Virus record (IMG/VR): IMGVR_UViG_3300042905_003904
Span: 1 to 64,000 of that record
Reading direction: 5' to 3' (one strand)
Source: a virus
Length of the DNA stretch: 64,000 nt
Below are positions 17,270 to 25,390 of the stretch, piece by piece. Position 1 is the stretch's first letter, and every line of letters begins with the position of its first letter. Below the pieces are notes generated by a model. That model was not told the DNA's origin. It did not search any database and saw only the letters and a program-made list of their open reading frames with translations. The translations under genes and the position numbers were made by a program.

Positions 17270-17650
17270 TTAATGATTTAACAATTTTGTAAAAATGCTT
17301 GCAATTGTGGAGCCGCTGGCTCCACAAATTAAGCCGATTAATGCGCACAGCCAACCAAATTTTAATCTCAATTCGCGAATATCCACTCGCTGATCTTCGG
17401 CCTTGGCAGCGGTTGCCTTTTGATCTTTGCTATTTTCCTTAATAATATTACTCAATTCCGTGATGGATTTGTGCAAATTATCTATATCAAAACTTATACT
17501 ATTCTGAGCCAGCTTAATTTCTAAAATATCCCCCTTTACATTGTTTAGTTGCAGTTCGTGTCTTTCTAGTTCGGTTAAAACTAATTTTTGATACTGCGTC
17601 CAACCATTTGCTTGGGGTTCTGTTTTATTAGATGGACCTTGCGGTGGCAT
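17270..17650 (-). CDS. Coiled-coil protein with C-terminal transmembrane helix (holin/XhlA-like)
   Basis: NGWTQYQKLVLTELERH coiled coil; hydrophobic FGWLCALIGLICGASG. Confidence 0.6.
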   Translation of the reverse strand: MPPQGPSNKTEPQANGWTQYQKLVLTELERHELQLNNVKGDILEIKLAQNSISFDIDNLHKSITELSNIIKENSKDQKATAAKAEDQRVDIRELRLKFGWLCALIGLICGASGSTIASIFTKLLNH

Positions 17651-18026
17651 AAAATTTATTATTATAGGTTACGGCGCGCCAGCTGAGTAATTTGTATGTT
17701 CCGTCTTTACAAATATACCGGTTTTGAAAATCTGTTAATAGCGGCTCCCGACACAACACAGCGGCTATTTCCTGGGTGGATTTCAAATCATCCGGATGAA
17801 TGAAATCATAAAACTTCCTTCCTATTAATTCGTCCTTCTTCCACCCCAACCATGTCTCCCATGCCGGATTTGATTTTATGATCTCCCCGTCTTGTTTACA
17901 AATTAATATCAAGTCCACATTTAACGTAAAAAATATAGCCAGTTCTGATTCTAGTTCTTCTAAATAATTTGATAATTCCTTTAACTTTTGAATGTTGTTG
18001 GGTGGTATATCTTTTTCCAATGTCAT
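17628..18026 (-). CDS. Stand-alone PAS domain protein
   Basis: DLILI...DG.I...NPAWE..LGW...ELIGR.FYDFIHPDD...F.NRY.CKDG.Y..LSW. Confidence 0.9.
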   Translation of the reverse strand: MTLEKDIPPNNIQKLKELSNYLEELESELAIFFTLNVDLILICKQDGEIIKSNPAWETWLGWKKDELIGRKFYDFIHPDDLKSTQEIAAVLCREPLLTDFQNRYICKDGTYKLLSWRAVTYNNKFYATARSI

Positions 18027-18107
18027 ATTTAACTGGGTGGCGGTGGTTGTTGTTACTTATATCTGGCGGAGGCTGCTAGATACCCATCAATAACCATAAA
18101 TACTATT

Positions 18108-18728
18108 GTGAAGCAGATCCTTTTAATTATTTTTATATCCCTGGGATTATTGGGCTGTTCTCATAACTTACCCCCAAGTGGATCTAAAGTGACTATTCGC
18201 AGTGAACAACCTCGGGTAGTAATGGTTGATAAAAGTCTAGATAAAACCAAAGTTCTCGTTCGAAACAGCCAAAATCTTATTGATCAGATTTCCCAGCTGT
18301 CTTTGGACAATAAAAGTCTAGCAGAACAACTAAAGGATCAAAATACTAATCCCCTTAGTAGCCCCATAGTAGATAAATTGATTTCTGGGCTAAATCAAAC
18401 CAACACAGAACTATACCGAGTTAAAGTTGAATTGCGAGAGGCCTATGATGAGCTTGAAAGAAATAAATCTAATGTAGCTGTTCTTGAAACCAAAATAGAA
18501 GCGCAGACTAGGGAATTGGCAGATAGAACCGCCCAATATAACCAGGAAGTGGTTAATGGAGAACTGGTTAGAACAGAATTACAAAAACAAAAAGCAAAAG
18601 TTCAAGCAGAAATAGATAGAGCCAATTCCTGGCGAAAGAAGTTTTGGTGGACATTTGCCTTCTTAGCTGCCTGGATTGCCTTAAAACTACTAAAAGTATA
18701 CTCCAAGCTAACTATACCATTTATCTAA
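18108..18728 (+). CDS. Putative unimolecular spanin (lipoprotein with C-terminal TM helix)
   Basis: Signal peptide with lipobox LLGC, long coiled coil, C-terminal FWWTFAFLAAWIAL; directly upstream of holin and endolysin. Confidence 0.6.
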   Translation: MKQILLIIFISLGLLGCSHNLPPSGSKVTIRSEQPRVVMVDKSLDKTKVLVRNSQNLIDQISQLSLDNKSLAEQLKDQNTNPLSSPIVDKLISGLNQTNTELYRVKVELREAYDELERNKSNVAVLETKIEAQTRELADRTAQYNQEVVNGELVRTELQKQKAKVQAEIDRANSWRKKFWWTFAFLAAWIALKLLKVYSKLTIPFI

Positions 18729-18776
18729 TATGACTGATCCTCTTGAAAACTCACCAACGATAGATTCTCACCTCCC

Positions 18777-19193
18777 ATGAAAGCCTTCGTTTCCCGATTA
18801 CTTAAAACGTTGGCGATGAATTTTGCCTCGCGCAAGTTCCTGATGACCCTGTTCGCCCTTATCTACGAGCGGTGGGATCATTGGGCCAACGTCGCGTGCA
18901 TCTACACATTCGTGAACGACGCACAGCTCACCGCATTCACTTCGCAAGCGGGCCAGCACCGATGGTTTCTCGCCACTGCATTGCTAGCCTACCTCGGCAT
19001 CCAGACAGCCGAGAATTTCAGCAATGCGGCTGCGGCAAAGTTTGAGAGCATCGCGCAGAATTTCGCATCGAGCACCAAGAGCGAGGTGAAAACCGAAAAC
19101 GTGCAACGCATCGTTCACGAATACGCCGAGCGATACAAAGACGATCCAAGCTACCGGCCCATTCAACCAGATACTGAGGAGGCATTCCGATGA
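18777..19193 (+). CDS. Putative holin (GC-rich)
   Basis: SRKFLMTLF...AYLGIQ pattern with two hydrophobic segments; ATGA-coupled to the endolysin. Confidence 0.6.
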   Translation: MKAFVSRLLKTLAMNFASRKFLMTLFALIYERWDHWANVACIYTFVNDAQLTAFTSQAGQHRWFLATALLAYLGIQTAENFSNAAAAKFESIAQNFASSTKSEVKTENVQRIVHEYAERYKDDPSYRPIQPDTEEAFR

Positions 19194-19657
19194 CCTGGCC
19201 AACTGAAGCAGAATGCCCAAAGTTCTATGGGAAGAAGGGTGAGAACCAGACGCAGATCGTTCTGCCTTATCCGATGGTTCTGGATTGGGACAAGAACGCG
19301 CGCATCACCAAGATGACGTGCCATGAAAAAGTTGCGGATGCGATGCTGCGCGTGTTCACGAAGCTGAAAGGCGAATACGGCGAGGCAAAGCTGCATGAGT
19401 TGGGCATCGATCAGTTCGGTGGCTGTCTGAATGTGCGCCTCAAACGCGGGAGCAAAAGCTCGTGGTCAATTCATTCATGGGGGTGCGCCGTGGATCTTGA
19501 TGCGGACAGGAACATGCTGAGGGAGTCGAAGCTCACGGCGCGGTTTGCTCGACCTGAATATCTACCTATGTGGAAAATCATCGAAGGTGAAGGCGCGGTC
19601 AGCTATGGGCGAAAGAAAGATTTTGATTGGATGCACTGGCAGTTTGCTCGGCTTTAA
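19190..19657 (+). CDS. Endolysin, M15 family Zn-peptidase (GC-rich)
   Basis: GGCLNVR..RG...WSIHSWGCAVD ... DWMHWQ. Confidence 0.88.
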   Translation: MTWPTEAECPKFYGKKGENQTQIVLPYPMVLDWDKNARITKMTCHEKVADAMLRVFTKLKGEYGEAKLHELGIDQFGGCLNVRLKRGSKSSWSIHSWGCAVDLDADRNMLRESKLTARFARPEYLPMWKIIEGEGAVSYGRKKDFDWMHWQFARL

Positions 19658-19805
19658 TCTCTTTACAAATATAAAATCCATCTTCTCCCAGACTAGGCGG
19701 AGCAAAATGGGGTCCTAGCTTTCCGCAATTCCTACAAATGCCTTTAGGCAATTCAAAAGCAAACGCCTTTCTTTTGTTTTTAGTTGCTTTGGAGGTTTTA
19801 CTCAT
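19599..19805 (-). CDS. Small zinc-binding hypothetical protein
   Basis: CRNCGKLGPHFAPPSLGEDGFYIC; its 3' end runs 59 nt into the convergent endolysin. Confidence 0.5.
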   Translation of the reverse strand: MSKTSKATKNKRKAFAFELPKGICRNCGKLGPHFAPPSLGEDGFYICKEIKAEQTASASNQNLSFAHS

Positions 19806-19958
19806 AATATTTGCTCTGCTCCCATTGCACATTTGGCGGTGGCCCACACCAGTTCCCGGTCGGGCGATTTCCGTGCGGTCAACACACGGGCGCAGAGCTT
19901 GTCCGTGCAGTCGCTGACTTTTGCGTTCCTTTGAGATAATCTTCCGTCTCTTTAGTTT

Positions 19959-20168
19959 TCATAGGTGTAATTTTTCTTCTTGTTGTTCAAAATAGATATC
20001 CAGAGCATACATCAGTTCTTCTCCGTTATCTCCGTCTCCGCCACAAGTCCAGTCAAAATAGTCTCCGTTGTTCTCATCTATCTTTCTAATAGCTTCAAAC
20101 AATTCTTCGGATTTGGGGTGATGTGGGATACCAAGAGACCATCTCTTTTCTATTTTTGTTTCAATCAT
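19959..20168 (-). CDS. Hypothetical protein
   Basis: 69 aa; DYFDW..GGDGDNGEELMY motif; overlaps its neighbours. Confidence 0.65.
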   Translation of the reverse strand: MIETKIEKRWSLGIPHHPKSEELFEAIRKIDENNGDYFDWTCGGDGDNGEELMYALDIYFEQQEEKLHL

Positions 20169-20980
20169 AAATTAGTTTGATGCTCCAGCCAATCTTTAGC
20201 CTTGTCTTCCCTGCTTGGATTTTTCTCAGCCCATGCAAACACTGTATCAATTTGCTTTTGTGTAGGCTTCTTATGGGAAATAATATTAATACCAGTCAAT
20301 CCTTGAGAAAGTTTCACCCAGCCCAGTTGTTCGGCTTGAACTTCGGTTTTCTCTAGACGTTCTGCCAGCCAAATATGTTGCATGGCATCTTCTAAGGGAT
20401 AAAACTTGCCATTAGGAATCACCCAGCCATTCCCAGCCTCGTAAGTGGTGTCTGGCTTTGGAGTTGGTTTAGTGTTAGCCTCTAAAAGATGCTTGTGGTA
20501 ACTTTCTCCCTGCTTTTCCATCGCAAATTGGAGATTCATCCGTTGCACTCTTTGTTCTGGGGTTTCCCCTTCATAATCAAATAAATCCTTAACAATGGTG
20601 GAGTATCTTGACCCATAATCATCTCGTCTTTTTTGGTCGGCTTCTAATTCTTCCCTTAGTTCCTTATTTTCCTGATGGAGCCGATGATTTTCCGCTGCCA
20701 AAATAGGGTCGCCTGGATCTGGATAAAAAGAATACTCTTCATTAAAGGTCCAATTATCTTCCACCAAAATTCCATCTACTCCGTCTTTTCCTTCTGGATC
20801 TTGAGCCAACTTCATTTTACCAGACAACACCAAAGTAGCCTGTTCTTGATTCAGTCCAAATCCGTCTGCTAAAAATTCATAGGCAAATTTATACTTTCCT
20901 TCTGCCCAAAATTCTCGAGCTCTATCAGTCATGCCAGCAAAACATACTCGAAAGTAAAGTGGTTTAGATTCAGTTTTCAT
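20165..20980 (-). CDS. Hypothetical protein
   Basis: 271-aa ORF with ATGA overlaps. Confidence 0.7.
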   Translation of the reverse strand: MKTESKPLYFRVCFAGMTDRAREFWAEGKYKFAYEFLADGFGLNQEQATLVLSGKMKLAQDPEGKDGVDGILVEDNWTFNEEYSFYPDPGDPILAAENHRLHQENKELREELEADQKRRDDYGSRYSTIVKDLFDYEGETPEQRVQRMNLQFAMEKQGESYHKHLLEANTKPTPKPDTTYEAGNGWVIPNGKFYPLEDAMQHIWLAERLEKTEVQAEQLGWVKLSQGLTGINIISHKKPTQKQIDTVFAWAEKNPSREDKAKDWLEHQTNL

Positions 20981-21255
20981 ACATATGGATCGTTGGGTAT
21001 CACTTTGGCGGGGATTGTCCCTGTTGGTCGTAACCGCTCCATGATTGCCTTCATAGACACTTCAACTGTTACAATTTCTACAGCCTCAAATTCCGAATTG
21101 GCACGGTCTGGATTTCGATATTCCTCCAGTTTCTTGGCGAGCCACTCTCCGTTATTTTCATCATGTCCATATTCATCAATGGCATCGAGCACTTCAGGGG
21201 CATATTCTCCTTCGTAACGTTCTTTTCTTTGGGCAATTATCAAATGTATTTTCAT
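20977..21255 (-). CDS. Hypothetical protein
   Basis: 92-aa ORF; TATATT 6 nt upstream of ATG. Confidence 0.65.
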   Translation of the reverse strand: MKIHLIIAQRKERYEGEYAPEVLDAIDEYGHDENNGEWLAKKLEEYRNPDRANSEFEAVEIVTVEVSMKAIMERLRPTGTIPAKVIPNDPYV

Positions 21256-21285
21256 ACTAACAATATAATTGAAATTATAGGGAAA

Positions 21286-22044
21286 TTAACGCCGATAAAA
21301 ATTCTTCAAACCAGTATTGATCACTTTCAGATTCTTTCCATCCACTTCCAGAACTTCTTTAAACCCACAATCGACATTGACGTGGGTGATGTTTGCATTG
21401 GCTTTGTTGGGAACATAGGCGAAAGAAATTTCTGGGACTGGAGTATGACCAACAATCTGATTAATTCCTGGAATACCGTTAGAATTTAGTGCCCTCCAGT
21501 CTTGCCAGAGAAGTCCACCAAAACGACTAAATCCTCCACGATAATGATCAGCATCCCAAATAATCGGATCTGGTTTATCTTGAATTGGGAAGATTTTAGA
21601 AAACCTACCTTCTAAAATGTCTTGAGCTTCCCCATATTCCATAGATTGCTTCATTTCAGGAAAATGGTGTAAATTGAACCCCGCATGAGAATACCAGAAA
21701 TTGCCATCAAAGTGGTAAAATTTCAGCTTATCCCAATCACTTGGTTTCATGATAGAATTAATGGCTAAATTTTTACCTGCTGTAAAACCGGGACAATTAT
21801 AGGTTCCGTTGTTGGAATAATGATATGGAAGATCATGATTACCCCACAAATGAATCCGATTCGGTTGATTGAGGGAATATTTCATCCATTCAGCAACCTC
21901 AGCCGCTTCAGAAGCAGAGTCTCCAAAATTGTCGAGGGCGTCACCCATGTATATAAGAGTATGCTTTGGATATTGCTGGACAAATTGTTCTAATTTTTGT
22001 CCACCATTATGTTGATCCCCAATAATGAGATATTTTTGATTCAT
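21286..22044 (-). CDS. Calcineurin-like metallophosphoesterase
   Basis: GDQH, GDALD, GNHD, SHAG, GHTP motifs. Confidence 0.9.
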   Translation of the reverse strand: MNQKYLIIGDQHNGGQKLEQFVQQYPKHTLIYMGDALDNFGDSASEAAEVAEWMKYSLNQPNRIHLWGNHDLPYHYSNNGTYNCPGFTAGKNLAINSIMKPSDWDKLKFYHFDGNFWYSHAGFNLHHFPEMKQSMEYGEAQDILEGRFSKIFPIQDKPDPIIWDADHYRGGFSRFGGLLWQDWRALNSNGIPGINQIVGHTPVPEISFAYVPNKANANITHVNVDCGFKEVLEVDGKNLKVINTGLKNFYRR

Positions 22045-22242
22045 TGAACTGATAATCCACTAGATTCTCTGGAAAGCCAAGTTCAAAACATTCCCACTGA
22101 AAGTTGCCCACGAAACCCAGAGAAAGAGTAATTTAAAGATAGTAACCACGTGTTTCTGCCAAGTTATTATAAGTAACGGCGTGTTACTGTAGAAACTACT
22201 GCTACCTATAGCATCAATACTTATTCGGTTGTCCTTTGTAAA

Positions 22243-22749
22243 TCAACGGGTGGTATTTTCAGATTTCTTTTGGGTTATGATTTTTGCTAAAAACTGGCGT
22301 TCTTCACCCATCAAGGTCCCCACAGCAAATTTTCCAAATCTCCCTTGCGTTTTTTGAAAGTCCTTGGAATATTGTTTTAATTCTAGGAAATTAGGGAACA
22401 GTTTGATGACCTTTCTCTTCATCCTCTGCAACAATAGATCCGGATTATTAAACCACTGTTCCCACAAATTAAGTTTGGCTGCGCCCTGATATATAATCAC
22501 CCCCTTGAGATGATATTTCTTACACAATAAATTAAATGTCTGCAATCCTTCATTTAGAGGACCTGAAATAATTTTGGTGGTATTTTTATTCAGTTCAGAG
22601 TTTTTGGGCTTTAACATATACCACTCTTCGAGATGATTTACATACCACGCAGCACATTTTTCTAGATAAGGAAATATACGCCAAACTAGGACCCCTGATT
22701 CCAGATACACCAACAAATCTTTATTAGATATTGGTAAGGGCTTGGTCAT
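22243..22749 (-). CDS. Hypothetical protein
   Basis: 168-aa ORF; TAAAAT 5 nt upstream of ATG. Confidence 0.6.
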   Translation of the reverse strand: MTKPLPISNKDLLVYLESGVLVWRIFPYLEKCAAWYVNHLEEWYMLKPKNSELNKNTTKIISGPLNEGLQTFNLLCKKYHLKGVIIYQGAAKLNLWEQWFNNPDLLLQRMKRKVIKLFPNFLELKQYSKDFQKTQGRFGKFAVGTLMGEERQFLAKIITQKKSENTTR

Positions 22750-22800
22750 GTTATATTTTAACCTGTTTCATAAAACCCGCAACAAAACTAAATAGTATTA

Positions 22801-23721
22801 ATGCTTACGTTTCAACAATTTTGGCCTATTAATGAAAAGGTGTCTGTCGGGAGTTATCCGATGGCTCTCTATAAAGGGAAGAACGGCTATCATATTGGAG
22901 TGGGTGATGAACAACCAGATATTAAAGTTTTTTTAAAGAAAGAACAGCTACCTTCTATTTTACAAGGCCCTGGTTTAGCTGCTATGTATGCTGTTGCTAA
23001 AAATTTAGACATTAGAACTGATGCGTTACATTTGTTTCGATTTAAACATAAGGCAGATATATCCACCAGTCTTTCTCAAACAGCGGTAAATCGAACTGTT
23101 CAATTAGTAGCGCAGAAGGTGCAAGAACAAAGTAAATTAGGACCAGTAAAAATTGCTTATCCTAAATCCCAATCTATTTTTAATGATTTAGTGGCTTCTT
23201 CTTTGAAAGAACAATTACCGAAGATTCCTATTATAAACATTTCCAAAAAGAAAATCACAGAACTGCCAGCAAAGGAATTATTGCCGTTTGAAAACATTCG
23301 CAGGAAAGATGCTTCTATTACCGAAAAGCAATATCGTTATATTCGGTATGTTCATATGCTGTATGATGACTATTTAAAAAGTAATCCTGAAGCGGAAGAT
23401 TTTTCCAAAGACACTCTTAGTCGCAAACTGAACGATTATAATAAACAAATAGGGGATAAAATTAACCAGTTTGCTGGGTTAGATAAAAGAGAAATGGCTG
23501 ATATATTACGCAATGGATATAATAGGATCAGCGATATATTAAAACAAACCGAGGCGCAAGTATTCCAATCCCCCACAGAACCTCAAGCTAAAGATCGCAT
23601 TATTGTGTTTGACGACAATACTTCGACGGGCTTTACTGAACAACAAATTAAAAGAGCATTAGGGCCCAGTGTAATAGTTCCTTATGTAATCTATGGACTA
23701 AAAATATTAAGCCTCACCTAA
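22801..23721 (+). CDS. Phosphoribosyltransferase-fold protein with capsid-targeting-like leader
   Basis: PRPP-loop-like IIVFDDNTSTGFT; IAYPKS.S..N; N-terminus MLTFQQFWPINE; TAAATA upstream. Confidence 0.6.
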   Translation: MLTFQQFWPINEKVSVGSYPMALYKGKNGYHIGVGDEQPDIKVFLKKEQLPSILQGPGLAAMYAVAKNLDIRTDALHLFRFKHKADISTSLSQTAVNRTVQLVAQKVQEQSKLGPVKIAYPKSQSIFNDLVASSLKEQLPKIPIINISKKKITELPAKELLPFENIRRKDASITEKQYRYIRYVHMLYDDYLKSNPEAEDFSKDTLSRKLNDYNKQIGDKINQFAGLDKREMADILRNGYNRISDILKQTEAQVFQSPTEPQAKDRIIVFDDNTSTGFTEQQIKRALGPSVIVPYVIYGLKILSLT

Positions 23722-24249
23722 GACGGCTTCAATAATAGATTCCTCCACTACTTCTGGAGGTAAAGACTGATTAGACTTATAAAGAATCTCTTCAATTTCT
23801 TTGAACTTGGACTCTAAGAGTTTCTTTAATTCAAAGGCTTCAATAACCTGTTCCTTGGTTAATTGAGCTTTGATATTTCTATCATCTAAACACAAGGCAT
23901 CTGTAAATGGTTGGCCCGTATGACTCAACAAAGAAGCCACTCGATGATAAAACCGATTTAATGGAGAAGAAACGGATTCTTCTACCACATCATCAGTCAT
24001 CTTATTTAACAGGTAACTACAAACCACGGATTTACTAATCTGTTCTTTGATTTGACCTGAATAGTCAACACCCATAGTATGGAATTTATTGTATGGGTTA
24101 TAGATACAACCAGAACCGCGATATTTTGAGCCGCAGTAGATACACTTATTAGCGTCACCCATATGGACGTGGACTTTAGTGGGGGAATAGATGCAAGGTC
24201 GGCCATAAGAAGTCGAATTGCAATACATACAGTGAGTTTTAGAAGCCAT
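23707..24249 (-). CDS. Protein with two Cys/His zinc-binding repeats
   Basis: C.YC.S...G..CIY.P...H repeated twice. Confidence 0.65.
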   Translation of the reverse strand: MASKTHCMYCNSTSYGRPCIYSPTKVHVHMGDANKCIYCGSKYRGSGCIYNPYNKFHTMGVDYSGQIKEQISKSVVCSYLLNKMTDDVVEESVSSPLNRFYHRVASLLSHTGQPFTDALCLDDRNIKAQLTKEQVIEAFELKKLLESKFKEIEEILYKSNQSLPPEVVEESIIEAVLGEA

Positions 24250-24254
24250 ATGTT

Positions 24255-24704
24255 CTATTTAGTCTCCCTAAGTTTTCTAGCCTCTAAAACCCCTTTGGGA
24301 ATTTTGCCTAGGCGGATGTGACAAATGGAATTGAATGATAAATCATTTTCTAGAACGTTATGTTTAAGTTGTTCTTTCAGTTCTTCCCAACTTGCCTCCC
24401 ACTTGCAACTGGCGAAAAAAATTATGGTGAAGGTGAATTGATCCTTGCCATGTAATTTGATATAATCCAACAAGTCATTGGATGATCCCATATAAGACCT
24501 CCAATCAGATTCTTTAATTTGAATGCGTTTCCTATTCTTACCCTTTAACGGCTTTAGTTTTCTTTTAGAAACCATTTGTTTTTTGCCGATGTAAAATTTG
24601 CCACCTGGTATATTATGTTCTATACGGTAAACAAAAGCAAATGCATCTGGCAAAAATTTTAATCCTTCTTTGAGAACCCAATGTCCGCAATCAACGTCAC
24701 TCAT
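24255..24704 (-). CDS. GIY-YIG (Seg-like) nuclease
   Basis: AFVYRI....GKFYIGKK ... ESDWRSYMGSS. Confidence 0.75.
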   Translation of the reverse strand: MSDVDCGHWVLKEGLKFLPDAFAFVYRIEHNIPGGKFYIGKKQMVSKRKLKPLKGKNRKRIQIKESDWRSYMGSSNDLLDYIKLHGKDQFTFTIIFFASCKWEASWEELKEQLKHNVLENDLSFNSICHIRLGKIPKGVLEARKLRETK

Positions 24705-24967
24705 TTGGAAAATGTTTCTGGAAAGTTGCGTTTAATCACCTTAGGAAAAATCTTAGGCAGGTTTTTCTTTCGCTTCTTTTTACCACCCTTATCGGATTCC
24801 GGGGAACCAAACAAATTTCGGGCATCATTAGGAGCATAGGTATCTCCAGAGGTAGCTTGGGTGTTAGGATCGTAGATGGGTTGGACTGGAGTTCCTAAGC
24901 AACCGCCGGCTCCTGCTGTATTGGATTCTAATAATCGGGAAACTAATAGTTGAAAACGGGAATCCAT
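24701..24967 (-). CDS. Hypothetical protein
   Basis: 88 aa; leader MDSRFQLLVSRLLES; SGDTYAPNDAR. Confidence 0.6.
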   Translation of the reverse strand: MDSRFQLLVSRLLESNTAGAGGCLGTPVQPIYDPNTQATSGDTYAPNDARNLFGSPESDKGGKKKRKKNLPKIFPKVIKRNFPETFSK

Positions 24968-24972
24968 ATGGT

Positions 24973-24980
24973 ATTATAAT
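24973..24980. promoter_or_regulatory. Palindromic ATTATAAT giving TATAAT on both strands between divergent ATGs 21 bp apart
   Basis: Read directly; 5 nt to the ATG at 24967 (-) and 8 nt to the ATG at 24989 (+). Confidence 0.55.
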
Positions 24981-24988
24981 GTCTACTT

Positions 24989-25387
24989 ATGCATAGCCTT
25001 GAGGATTTTTCCGCAGAATTGAAAGAAGACGTTCGGATCGACGATTTAAACCTAAGGGACAAACAGATGATGCTTCCTGCTATTAAGCATAAGTGGATCG
25101 CCCGAACTATGGATTTTAAGAGACAGCGGAATATGCTTATCCGCAAGAAGAAGGAGACAAAGGAGCACGTTTTAAAAGCACTAGAAACTAATGGTATCCC
25201 AAACGGCATTCCCAAAGCTTCCTTAAATCAAAAAATAGAATCTTCTGATAAGATACAAAAGATCAATGAGTCTATCGAAGATGTGGAGCTATTGATTGAG
25301 TATCTGGAAAAGGTGGAACAGGTGTTTAAGAGTATGAGCTTTGATTTTTCCACGCTTCAAAAGTTAACCGCATCAGAACTTGGATAG
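24989..25387 (+). CDS. uvsY: Recombination mediator UvsY-like
   Basis: D..ID..NL.....P..K.KW ... EYLEKV helical protein directly upstream of UvsW. Confidence 0.75.
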   Translation: MHSLEDFSAELKEDVRIDDLNLRDKQMMLPAIKHKWIARTMDFKRQRNMLIRKKKETKEHVLKALETNGIPNGIPKASLNQKIESSDKIQKINESIEDVELLIEYLEKVEQVFKSMSFDFSTLQKLTASELG

Positions 25388-25390
25388 GTT

